Assembly: GCF_001017655.1 (NCBI RefSeq)
Contig: NZ_CP010904.1
Location: 420,001-452,000, forward strand
Direction of reading: 5' to 3'
Length of the DNA: 32,000 nt
Source: Kiritimatiella glycovorans
GTDB lineage: Bacteria > Verrucomicrobiota > Kiritimatiellia > Kiritimatiellales > Kiritimatiellaceae
The translations under genes and the position numbers were made by a program. The notes under the pieces are model-generated. The model worked only from the letters and a program-made list of their open reading frames with translations. It searched no databases and was not told where the DNA came from. Shown piece by piece: positions 8,891 to 16,892 of the stretch (positions are counted from its first letter, which is position 1; each line of letters begins with the position of its first letter).

Positions 8891-8914
8891 TAACGTTCGT
8901 AGTAGCGCCGTAAG
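8891..8914. repeat. Left arm of a REP/MITE-like repeat split by the IS21 insertion (includes left TSD copy 8908..8914)
   Basis: TAACGTTCGTAGTAGCGCCGTAAG equals the left arms at 11644.. and 14876... The rest of the repeat resumes at 11438. Confidence 0.7.
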
Positions 8915-9094
8915 TCGTCAACGACAACTACATGGCCCCGTCGGCGACAACTACACTTCCCCATGTTGACGGGGCTGGTGGGCCCCGGGTTTCCGGGGTT
9001 TGAGGGCGATGGGCCGATAGGCCCGAGCCTTCCCCCTCCCACCCCGCAGGGGCACCCCCCCATGGGGGGTGCGCGATTCTCACAATTGCGATTT

Positions 9095-9856
9095 TCATCG
9101 TTTTCGATTCCGTTCGCCCGCCTTCCGGGCGCGGTAACTTTCGCCGTTGAGTTCCAGGATAGTGGAATGATGCACCACCCGATCAATGGCCGCCGCAGTA
9201 GTCATCGGGTCCTTGAAGATCTTGTCCCACTCACTGAAGACCAAGTTGGATGAGATCATCAGGCTGCGCCGCTCGTATCTCTCGGACAGGAAGGTGAACA
9301 ACACCTCCATTTCCTCACGGCTCTGCTGCACGTAACCGATGTCATCGAGGATGACCACCTCGAAGCGGTCGAGCTTCTTCAGCAGCGCTTCGATCGCCAA
9401 GTCGCGCTTGGCGGTGAGTAGCTTCTGCACCAGGTGGAACGCCGTGGTAAACAACACCGTCGTGCCGTGTCGCAGCACCAGTTCGCGCCCGATCGCGGTC
9501 AGCAGATGCGTCTTGCCGCGGCCGGGTAAGCCGAACGCCAGGACGTTCTCGGCCCGTTCGACGAAACCGCCGTCCACCAGCGCCGGGATCTGACGCTGCA
9601 CCTTGGTCGGAAGCAGCTTCAGGTTCAGCGTGTCCAGCGACTTGCCGTCGGGCAGGCCGGAGCGTTTCAGCAGCCGCTGCGTGCGCCGTTCGCCCCGCGC
9701 ATGCAGTTCGCTCTCCATCACCGCGGCCAGGTAGCGCTCGTACGTCCACTGTTCCTGCGTGGCCTCCGCAGCCAGTCGCTCGTATTCGTTCAACACGTCC
9801 GGCAACCGGAGGGCACGCAATGTCATGGCCAGAGAGGCGGGCGTGGTCATGCGCAC
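9095..9856 (-). CDS. istB: IS21-family helper ATPase IstB
   Basis: Walker A GLPGRGKTHL and Walker B VVILDDIGY. 253 aa. The start overlaps the istA stop by 10 nt. Confidence 0.9.
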   Translation of the reverse strand: MRMTTPASLAMTLRALRLPDVLNEYERLAAEATQEQWTYERYLAAVMESELHARGERRTQRLLKRSGLPDGKSLDTLNLKLLPTKVQRQIPALVDGGFVERAENVLAFGLPGRGKTHLLTAIGRELVLRHGTTVLFTTAFHLVQKLLTAKRDLAIEALLKKLDRFEVVILDDIGYVQQSREEMEVLFTFLSERYERRSLMISSNLVFSEWDKIFKDPMTTAAAIDRVVHHSTILELNGESYRARKAGERNRKR

Positions 9857-11340
9857 ACCTCCTCCGGCGCCAGCAGTTCGTCATAGGCGGCCAGATCCAC
9901 CGGCAACGGCGCATGCTCCGACAACGTCGGCATCGGACGCGGACACGCCGAAAGCACCACGTCCAGGCGCGGGATCTCCCCGCGGTCGCGCAAGCCGCAC
10001 AGTGCCGCTTCCACCTCACATTCCATCGTGGTGGCCGCGTGCTTGAGGATCTGCAGGTATTCCCGTTCCGCAGTCCGATCGTTGACCGCCGCGCACAGTG
10101 TCTCGTACGCCCACTGGAACGCGGAGGACGGAAACAGGTCAGCACGGAACCGGTAGTTCCGGAACGCCCCGGGCTTGCGCACCAATGAACCGATCACATG
10201 GCGATAGTTGATGTGGTGCGCGTGTTCATCCCGCAGCCATGGCGCAGTGAGCTGGCGCACGCCCCCGTAGAACACCTCGATGTGTTCCGCGTAGCGATGC
10301 ACCGTCACCGTGTACCCGATCAGCCGGCTGGGTACCGAGTAGATCCGGCGCTTCACGTTGATAGTGCCCCAACTGCGTACAACGCACCGATACTCCGTGT
10401 ATTCCGGCAGCCGGTCCACGTCGAGCGCCCGCATGTGTTTGAACTCTTCGGCCAGGCGGACGCGCCGCGTCTCGTTCACCCGCTGAAGCACGCCATGAAG
10501 GAACTGCTCATACGCCGCCCGGCTGGCGAAGTCCCGCGACCCGCGCAACAACAGGTGTTGCTCGATCCGACGCTTCAGGGCGCCGTTCAGCGACTCCACA
10601 TCCCCGTTCTCATGGGGACTGTCCACTTGGATCAGACGGGGAACCATCTCGAAGTGATCCATCAGCTCCAGGTAGGCGCGGTTGTACGCCCGCGGTTCTC
10701 CGCTGGCCTCCGCCGGCCGGTGGGTCGCTGCGCTCGAATGATCCATCCAGTGCTCCGCCGGCACACGGCCCAGCCGCGTCAGCGCGTTCTGAATCCCCGT
10801 ACGCAGCGCCACCAGGCTTTCGCTATGGCAGATGCTGGCCCATTCCCAGTTCGAGTAGGTCAGCACGTTGTGACACAACTGGTGGTCGAACGGTTCCCCG
10901 GCGATCGTGATCCCCAGCCGGTCCATGTGCGTGAAGTCTGTGGACATCCGCACGCCCGGCCGGTGCTCCTGCGCGAAGTACACCTCCTGCTCGGGCCCCG
11001 AAAGCGCTCGCCATTCACGTACCCGCCGCTGAAACGTCCGCAGTTGACCCTCCTGATACTTACCCGCCCGCTCCCGGCACAGCCACTCGAACACCGTCTT
11101 GGCCTCCAGCTCCGGGCAGCCCTCGAACATCAGTCGGCACTCTTCCCAGTCCTCCGCGAACGGGTCCTCCCGGGTACGCCACCTGCGCTCAACCGGCATC
11201 TCTGAGGGCAGTTTCCCGCACCTCAGGTACTTCTGCGCCGTCTTACGGTCCAGATCGGCCCGCAACGCAGCCTTGGACACGTTCCCTGTCCTTTCGTATT
11301 CTTCCATCAGCTTCCTCACTTTCCGGTCCGGGGTGACCAT
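9847..11340 (-). CDS. istA: IS21-family transposase IstA
   Basis: 497 aa. N-terminal HTH-like region (NVSKAALRADLDRKTAQKYL) and a central integrase/DDE core (MSTDFTHM, HWMDHSSA, PHENGDVESLNG). It sits immediately upstream of istB. Confidence 0.9.
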   Translation of the reverse strand: MVTPDRKVRKLMEEYERTGNVSKAALRADLDRKTAQKYLRCGKLPSEMPVERRWRTREDPFAEDWEECRLMFEGCPELEAKTVFEWLCRERAGKYQEGQLRTFQRRVREWRALSGPEQEVYFAQEHRPGVRMSTDFTHMDRLGITIAGEPFDHQLCHNVLTYSNWEWASICHSESLVALRTGIQNALTRLGRVPAEHWMDHSSAATHRPAEASGEPRAYNRAYLELMDHFEMVPRLIQVDSPHENGDVESLNGALKRRIEQHLLLRGSRDFASRAAYEQFLHGVLQRVNETRRVRLAEEFKHMRALDVDRLPEYTEYRCVVRSWGTINVKRRIYSVPSRLIGYTVTVHRYAEHIEVFYGGVRQLTAPWLRDEHAHHINYRHVIGSLVRKPGAFRNYRFRADLFPSSAFQWAYETLCAAVNDRTAEREYLQILKHAATTMECEVEAALCGLRDRGEIPRLDVVLSACPRPMPTLSEHAPLPVDLAAYDELLAPEEVCA

Positions 11341-11437
11341 CGGCCCTCCTTTCTTTCCAAAAAGAGAGCCTCCAGCACCCCCGGTTAGTGGGGAAGTCTA
11401 ATTGTCGTCACTGGGGAAGTGTAATTGTCGCTGCGCA

Positions 11438-11520
11438 CCGTAAGCGCCCGAAGGGCCAAGGCGCGTGAAAGATAACGGCCCTGGCTCCGCTTCGCGGACC
11501 TGCGGGCCTACTACGAGCGT
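11438..11520. repeat. Remainder of the IS-split REP/MITE-like repeat (right TSD copy plus central hairpin and right arm)
   Basis: CCGTAAG-CGCCCGAAGGGC...ACGGCCCTGGCTCCGCTTCGCGGACCTGCGGGCCTACTACGAGCGT. Joining 8891..8914 to 11445..11520 rebuilds a ~100-bp unit collinear with 11526..11625 and 14875..14978. Confidence 0.75.
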
Positions 11521-11525
11521 GAGGA

Positions 11526-11625
11526 AGTTCGTAGTAGCGCCGTAAGCCTGCCTTCGGCAGGCCAGGCGCGTGAAGATCACGGCCCTGGCCCTGCTTCGTA
11601 GGCCTGCGGGCCTACTACAAACGTT
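11526..11625. repeat. Full copy of the ~100-bp palindromic REP/MITE-like repeat
   Basis: AGTTCGTAGTAGCGCCGTAAGCCTGCCTTCGGCAGGCCAGGCGCG...GGCCTGCGGGCCTACTACAAACGTT, with terminal inverted repeats and an internal GCCTGCC-TTCG-GGCAGGC hairpin. Confidence 0.75.
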
Positions 11626-11643
11626 AAGGACGCACGTGAGATG

Positions 11644-11695
11644 AAACGTTCGTAGTAGCGCCGTAAGCCTGCCCCGCAGGCAAGGCGCGTTATAT
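11644..11695. repeat. Left-half copy of the REP/MITE-like repeat
   Basis: AAACGTTCGTAGTAGCGCCGTAAGCCTGCCCCGCAGGCAAGGCGCGTTATA is near-identical to 14875..14926. No right arm follows. Confidence 0.7.
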
Positions 11696-11781
11696 CGCCG
11701 GTGCCACGCGGCAACGCGATCACGGGAGGAAGATGATGATGAAACAAAGGTGCACAGGCGCATGCGTCGCTTTTTTTCATA

Positions 11782-14700
11782 GTGGTGTGTATAGCGGGGG
11801 CTTCCGGTGAGCTGACGGATCTGACCTGCGAATATCTCACCCATCCGCTGGCGATCGAGACGGACCGCCCCCGTCTTTCGTGGAAGATCCGGGATGACCG
11901 CCGCGGCGCGGCCCAGACGGCGTATGAGATTATCGCGGCGAGCACGCGCGAGAAACTCGACCGTGGCGAAGGCGACCTGTGGTCGACAGGAAAAGTCGAA
12001 TCCGATCGTTCCCTGCTCGTCGTGTATACCGGCGACCCCGCTCCGGAAGGCGGGCGTATCTGGTGGAAGGCGCGCTACTGGGATCAGGAGGGCGAGGTCT
12101 CCGCATGGAGCGATCCCGCCTGGTGGGAGACGGGCCTTCCCTATCCTGACGCGTGGGAGGCGGAGTGGATCGCGGTCAATCCGATGCTGCCCGTAGTCGA
12201 CGAGGTCACCGACACCTGGTTCAACTACGGTTTCGTAGGACAGGAGATTGCCGCGGCGCGGGGCGACCCGAAGTATATCAAGGGGAGCGCGGAACCGGCC
12301 GATCCCAAGTTATGGCTGGATCATCTCTCGAAACCCGCCCCGCAGTTCAGGCGCACCTTCCGGCTCGAGTCGCCTCCCCGTGAAGCGCGGGCCTATATCT
12401 GCGGGCTTGGCTACTACGAGCTGTTCATCAACGGCCGGCGGGTCGGCGACCGCGTGCTCGATCCGGCTTATCAGAATTATGAAAAACAGGCCTTCTACGT
12501 AGCCTACGATGTCACCCCTTTCCTCCGCGAAGGGAACAATACGATCGGCGTGCGGCTGGGCGACGGGCAGTACAACCAGGTCGGCATGAGCTGGTTTTAC
12601 TTCGGGCGGGGTTTCCTGACGCACGGGGACCCCTGCATGATTTTTCAACTCGAGGGTAAACTGGAGAACGGGCGGTCGATCAAGGTCGTGTCCGACCGGC
12701 GCTGGCGTGCGACCCAGAGTGGGGCGCTGCTACGCAACCAGTTCTATATCGGGGAAGTGCGCGATGCGCGTCGCAGAAACGAAGGCTGGACCACCGCGGA
12801 GTACGATGACCGGCGCTGGACATACGCCAGGGAGATTCCGGAGCCTGTGCCGCACCTGGTGCCGATGCTCGCGCCGCCCGAACGCGAGATCCGCACTATC
12901 GAGCCGGTCGATATTCTGGAGCCGGTTCCCGGCATCTATGTGGTCGACTTCGGCGAGGCGTTCTGCGGGAAGACCCGGCTCAAGGTCCGCGCGCCCCAGG
13001 GCACGAAGATTGTGCAGCGCCCGGCGCATCACATCCGTAATCATCCTCAGTTTTTCGCGGGGGAGAACACGCTGAACCCGGACGGAACGTTCGACAGTGC
13101 CCGCTACTTCCTCGGAGGCACGGGGGGGCTGCCTTACGAAGACCCGGAACTGCACGGCAACGTCGCCCTCACCAACATGATCATGCTGACCCCCGTCAGC
13201 CGCTACGGGAAGTCATGGTATTTCAAAAACGTCAGCGTCTACACCGCGAGCGATGCAGACGTGGACGTGTTCGAGAATGAATTCCTCTACAGCGGATTCC
13301 GGTATGTCGAGCTGATCGGGCTGCCGGAGAAACCGGCACTGGAGGATATCGAGGGTGTGGTCGTGCACACCGATGCGCCGCAGACGGGCAGGGTGCGCAC
13401 CGACCATCAGCGGCTCAACACGCTCTACGACATGTTTGCGCGGACGCTCGATTATACCGTGCACGGCACGCTGCAGGACAACTGCGACGCCGAGAAGAGC
13501 GCGTGGAAGTTCGATCTGAACGTGGGCGATTTCTACAGCTATTACCGCAACAGTCCGCAGTTCTGGGCGAAGTACCTCCGCGATATTCAGCTCAATACGG
13601 TGCGCGGTATCCCGGCCAACATATCGCCGACCGTTTTCAAGAGCTACAGCATCGGCCATCCGCTGCACCATTATTTCGATTACGGATCGCATACCGTGAC
13701 CGCCGCCTTCCGCCAGTATCTGTTCAACCGCGACCGTCGCATGCTGGAAAGGCACTTCCCGTACATAAAGGAGTGGATCGACGTCTGCTATCCCTATGTC
13801 ATGCGCGATGAAGACATCTCGCCGCGCGCGCTGGGCGACTGGCTGGATGCCTGGAAAGGACCCGGCGGCCGACCGGGCAGCAAGGGCTACGGATCGATGA
13901 ACACCTCGCGCGATTTTATCGCGCGGGCCTTCTTTTACCGCGCGATGGATCTCGCGGAGCGCTGCGCGCGCGTCCTCGGAGAGACGACGTACGCGGACGA
14001 CCTCGCGGAGCGCAGACGGCCGCTGAAGGCGCTCATCAACCGGCGCCACTTCCAGACCCGCGAAAACCCGGAGGCTGTGCCTATGGTTCGAGGACCCGGA
14101 GAGACGATCATTCCGCGTGATCCTGCGGAGCGCAATTCCTATGGCAGCCAGGCCGCCGACCTGCTGGCCGTGCGTTACGGTATCGTGCCCGAGGGACGCG
14201 AGCCGGAGGTCATGGAAAACGTCGTGCGCGATATTCAGGAGGAGTGGGATGGACACCTCTCCGTGGGCTGGCACGGAATTCCGGTCATCTGCACTGAGCT
14301 TTCCCGGTGGGGGTACGGAGAGGTCGCCATGCAGTTGTTCAACAACGACACCTATCCGAGCTGGGGCTATTTTCTGAAGCACGGATTCACCACGACCCCG
14401 GAAGGGTGGTCGGCGGGCGCGCCGGATACCCTGCCGACTACGCGCGTGATTCAGAGCGAGAAAAATTCCGCGGGAGTGTGGTTCTACGACACCCTCGGCG
14501 GAATCCTTCCGGACTTCGATTCGCCCGGCTTCAAACACTTCACGCTTCGCCCGATTCCCGCCCCAGACGTCGATGAGGCCGACGTCTCATTCGAATCGCT
14601 GTATGGGACCATCCGCAGCGCCTGGCGGCGTTCCGCCCACTCGATAACGCTGGAAGCGTCGGTTCCGCCGAACACGACGGCCGAGCTCTATCTGCCCGTA

Positions 14701-14886
14701 TCCTCGCGCAAGGTCCGGATCGACGAAGGCGGTACACCCCTTGTGGCCGGGGGCGTCCCGGAACGCGAGATCGGCGGCATGACCTTCCGCGGGTTCATCG
14801 AGACCCCGGCGGGACTCTACGCGCACTTTCATGCTGCGGCGGGTTCGTATGTGTTGACCGCGGAGAGATCGCCGAAACGTTCGTAG
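11782..14886 (+). CDS. Alpha-L-rhamnosidase, glycoside hydrolase family 78 (5' end probably frameshifted; see finding at 11724..11810)
   Basis: N-terminal LTCEYLTHPLAIETDRPRLSWK...AQTAYEI is the classic bacterial rhamnosidase N-domain opening. The six-hairpin region has QDNCDAEKSAWKFD. Total length is 1034 aa. The GTG at 11782 has no RBS. A strong RBS and ATGATGATG lie at 11724..11741 in another frame. Confidence 0.85.
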   Translation: MVCIAGASGELTDLTCEYLTHPLAIETDRPRLSWKIRDDRRGAAQTAYEIIAASTREKLDRGEGDLWSTGKVESDRSLLVVYTGDPAPEGGRIWWKARYWDQEGEVSAWSDPAWWETGLPYPDAWEAEWIAVNPMLPVVDEVTDTWFNYGFVGQEIAAARGDPKYIKGSAEPADPKLWLDHLSKPAPQFRRTFRLESPPREARAYICGLGYYELFINGRRVGDRVLDPAYQNYEKQAFYVAYDVTPFLREGNNTIGVRLGDGQYNQVGMSWFYFGRGFLTHGDPCMIFQLEGKLENGRSIKVVSDRRWRATQSGALLRNQFYIGEVRDARRRNEGWTTAEYDDRRWTYAREIPEPVPHLVPMLAPPEREIRTIEPVDILEPVPGIYVVDFGEAFCGKTRLKVRAPQGTKIVQRPAHHIRNHPQFFAGENTLNPDGTFDSARYFLGGTGGLPYEDPELHGNVALTNMIMLTPVSRYGKSWYFKNVSVYTASDADVDVFENEFLYSGFRYVELIGLPEKPALEDIEGVVVHTDAPQTGRVRTDHQRLNTLYDMFARTLDYTVHGTLQDNCDAEKSAWKFDLNVGDFYSYYRNSPQFWAKYLRDIQLNTVRGIPANISPTVFKSYSIGHPLHHYFDYGSHTVTAAFRQYLFNRDRRMLERHFPYIKEWIDVCYPYVMRDEDISPRALGDWLDAWKGPGGRPGSKGYGSMNTSRDFIARAFFYRAMDLAERCARVLGETTYADDLAERRRPLKALINRRHFQTRENPEAVPMVRGPGETIIPRDPAERNSYGSQAADLLAVRYGIVPEGREPEVMENVVRDIQEEWDGHLSVGWHGIPVICTELSRWGYGEVAMQLFNNDTYPSWGYFLKHGFTTTPEGWSAGAPDTLPTTRVIQSEKNSAGVWFYDTLGGILPDFDSPGFKHFTLRPIPAPDVDEADVSFESLYGTIRSAWRRSAHSITLEASVPPNTTAELYLPVSSRKVRIDEGGTPLVAGGVPEREIGGMTFRGFIETPAGLYAHFHAAAGSYVLTAERSPKRS

Positions 14887-14978
14887 TAGCGCCGCAAGCC
14901 TGCCCCGCAGGCCAGGCGCGTTATAAGATAACGGCCCTGGTCCCGCTTCGCGGACCTGCGGGCCTACTACGAACGTTT
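14875..14978. repeat. Full copy of the palindromic REP/MITE-like repeat (104 bp) between the convergent GH78 and hydrogenase genes
   Basis: Perfect 15-bp terminal inverted repeats AAACGTTCGTAGTAG (14875..14889) and CTACTACGAACGTTT (14964..14978), with an internal GCCTGC-CCC-GCAGGC hairpin. It overlaps the last three sense codons and the stop codon of the GH78 gene. Confidence 0.8.
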
Positions 14979-15108
14979 GTCGTCTTCCATCCCGACCCCG
15001 GCATCCTCTGTGACCGCTGTGGTGAATACCCATCCCGCCTCTTCCCCGAACGGCTCCACCACAAAAAAAAACCGAATAACCTAAGATCTACGTAGAACCT
15101 TCTTTCCC

Positions 15109-16857
15109 CTACTTTTTATACGGTTTGCGCGGACGGTATTCCGTGTGCAGCAGCTCATGCGACTTCTCGCTGCACGGTTCCCCCAGGAAATCTTTGTAGA
15201 GCGTCTGGATGAAGGGGTTCTCGTGCGAGCACCGATGCTCCCGGCTCTCGTCGTCCCGGTAGAGCCCGCGGGCCCGCTTGGCGCGGATCTCGTCGGTCGC
15301 ACCGTAGGGCTGCCCCCCGCCGCCCACGCATCCGCCCCTGCACGCCATGACCTCGATGAACTGGTACGGGGAAGGTGCCCCCCGCTCGCGGGCTTCGCGA
15401 ACGCGGTTGAGGACGGTGTCGATATTGCACATCCAGTGGGCTACGGCGATGCGGATCTCCTGTCCGGCGACCTCCAGGGTGGCCTCCTTGACGCCCTCCA
15501 GCCCGCGCACGGGTTCGTAATTCACGTCGGGAAGATTCTTTCCGGTGATCAGATGGTGAGCCGTGCGTACCGCCGCCTCCATCACGCCGCCGGTCGCGCC
15601 GAAAATCGTGCCCGCCCCCGAATAGTCGCCGAGAATGCTGTCGCAGTCCTCGTCGGGCAAATTGACGAAATCGATCCCGGACGCCTTGATCAGCCTTGAA
15701 AGCTCGCGGGTAGTAAGCGAGACGTCGATATCCTGGTGTCCGCTCGCGAACATCTCGTCGGAGCGCGTGATTTCATATTTCTTCGCGGTGCAGGGCATGA
15801 TCGAGACCATGAAGATTTTCGAGGGATCGATGCCCATTTTCTGGGCGTAATAGGTTTTCGCCATCACGCCCAGCATCTCGTGCGGCGATTTGGCCGACGA
15901 GAAATTGTCGATAAAGTCCGGCGCGAACTTCTCCATATAATCCGTCCAGGCCGGGCAGCAGCTTGTGATCAGCGGCATCTCGCCGCCGTCGTTCAGCCGG
16001 TGGGCGAATTCCGTGGCCTCCTCCATGATCGTGAGGTCAGCGCCGAAATTGGTGTCGAACACCGCCTCGAATCCCAGCCGCCGCAGGGCGGCATAGGTCT
16101 TGCGCGTCAGCAGCGTGCCCGGTTCGTAGCCGAAGGCCTCGCCGATCGCCACGCGCACGGCCGGCGCGATCTGAACCACCGGATAGATCTCGGGATCTTC
16201 GAGCGCCTCCCATACTTTCGAGGTCTCGTCCTGCTCGTAGATCGCCCCCACCGGGCAGTGCGCGCTGCACTGGCCGCACTTGATGCAGGGACTCTCGTTC
16301 AGCGTTACGTCCGCGGCGGGCGCGATGCGCGTCTGATCCCCGCGCCCCAGGAACTCCAGCGCCCATACGTTCTGCTGGTACTGGCAGACATTCGCGCAGC
16401 GACCGCAGAGGACGCACTTCTCCGGGTTGAGCACGATCGCCGGCGTGGACTCGTCGGGTTTGATCTCGTTCACACGGTGCTCGAACTTCACGTCGCGGAT
16501 CCCGAACTCCGCCGCCAGGCGCTGCAGCTCGCAGTGGCCGTTGCGGGGGCACTGCAGGCAGTCGTTGGGGTGCGTCGAGAGGATAAGCTCGAGCACGTTG
16601 CGCCGCACCTTCACGATCTCCGGATCGTGGGTGATGATCTTCATGCCCGGGCCCGCCGGCGTCGCACAGGCGCGAAGCATTTTCGGCGAGCCTTCGACCT
16701 TGACCACGCAGATGCCGCAGGCCGCCCAGGCCGGGAGGTCCGGGTGATAGCAGAGCGTCGGTATCTTTACCTGCACCTGGTGTGCCGCGTCGAGAATCGT
16801 GGTCCCGGGGTCCACCTCTACAGGGATTCCGTTGATTTCCAGTTTGTACTTGTCCAT
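15109..16857 (-). CDS. hndD: [FeFe]-hydrogenase catalytic subunit, M3-type (HndD/HydA)
   Basis: All three H-cluster signatures are present: TSCCPAW, MPCTAKKYE, EVMACRGGCVGGGGQP. The N-terminus has a 2Fe-2S domain, the His-ligated cluster HPNDCLQCPRNGHC, and two CxxCxxCxxxCP motifs. Start moved to ATG 16857 (MDKYKLEINGIPV), 582 aa. Confidence 0.95.
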   Translation of the reverse strand: MDKYKLEINGIPVEVDPGTTILDAAHQVQVKIPTLCYHPDLPAWAACGICVVKVEGSPKMLRACATPAGPGMKIITHDPEIVKVRRNVLELILSTHPNDCLQCPRNGHCELQRLAAEFGIRDVKFEHRVNEIKPDESTPAIVLNPEKCVLCGRCANVCQYQQNVWALEFLGRGDQTRIAPAADVTLNESPCIKCGQCSAHCPVGAIYEQDETSKVWEALEDPEIYPVVQIAPAVRVAIGEAFGYEPGTLLTRKTYAALRRLGFEAVFDTNFGADLTIMEEATEFAHRLNDGGEMPLITSCCPAWTDYMEKFAPDFIDNFSSAKSPHEMLGVMAKTYYAQKMGIDPSKIFMVSIMPCTAKKYEITRSDEMFASGHQDIDVSLTTRELSRLIKASGIDFVNLPDEDCDSILGDYSGAGTIFGATGGVMEAAVRTAHHLITGKNLPDVNYEPVRGLEGVKEATLEVAGQEIRIAVAHWMCNIDTVLNRVREARERGAPSPYQFIEVMACRGGCVGGGGQPYGATDEIRAKRARGLYRDDESREHRCSHENPFIQTLYKDFLGEPCSEKSHELLHTEYRPRKPYKK

Positions 16858-16892
16858 AGCTTTCTCCGCGTCTTGAAGCTCGTTCGCCCGGC

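Larger units (their letters stand above)
8915..11437 (-). mobile_element. Complete IS21-family insertion sequence (2523 bp) with 7-bp target-site duplication
   Basis: Overlapping istA/istB genes. Imperfect terminal inverted repeats: TCGTCAACGACAACTACA... from 8915 versus ...TGTAATTGTCGCTGCGCA ending at 11437 (17/25 matches). Each end carries two copies of an 18-bp subterminal repeat: CGACAACTACAnnnCCCC at 8922..8939 and 8945..8962, and GGGGAAGTnTAATTGTCG at 11390..11407 and 11413..11430, as is typical for IS21. The element is flanked by direct CCGTAAG at 8908..8914 and 11438..11444. Confidence 0.9.

Noticed and set aside
9052-9072. Palindrome GCACCCCCCC-AT-GGGGGGTGC downstream of istB
   Set aside because: It lies within the IS21 non-coding end. 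It is probably an internal terminator or IS structural feature rather than an independent element.
10198-11205. 335-aa plus-strand ORF inside the IS
   Set aside because: It is antisense to istA. IS21 elements encode only istA and istB.
11398-11945. ORFs of 148 and 122 aa on the minus strand (and 14587..15033) sharing motifs such as VVGPQ(V/A)(R/Y)EA(E/G)PGP
   Set aside because: The similarity comes from translation through copies of the 104-bp palindromic repeat. They are not genes.
13213-14538. 441-aa minus-strand ORF inside the GH78 gene
   Set aside because: It is antisense to a confidently identified rhamnosidase and has no independent support.
15040-15108. Intrinsic terminator for the hydrogenase operon (palindrome TCTACGTAGA at about 15087..15096 plus an A9 run at 15063..15071, which is T9 on the minus strand)
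   Set aside because: The palindrome has no loop and only a short AT-rich stem, and it lies about 15 nt from the T-run. This geometry does not fit a Rho-independent terminator. The nearby 104-bp repeat hairpin is a more likely transcription barrier.
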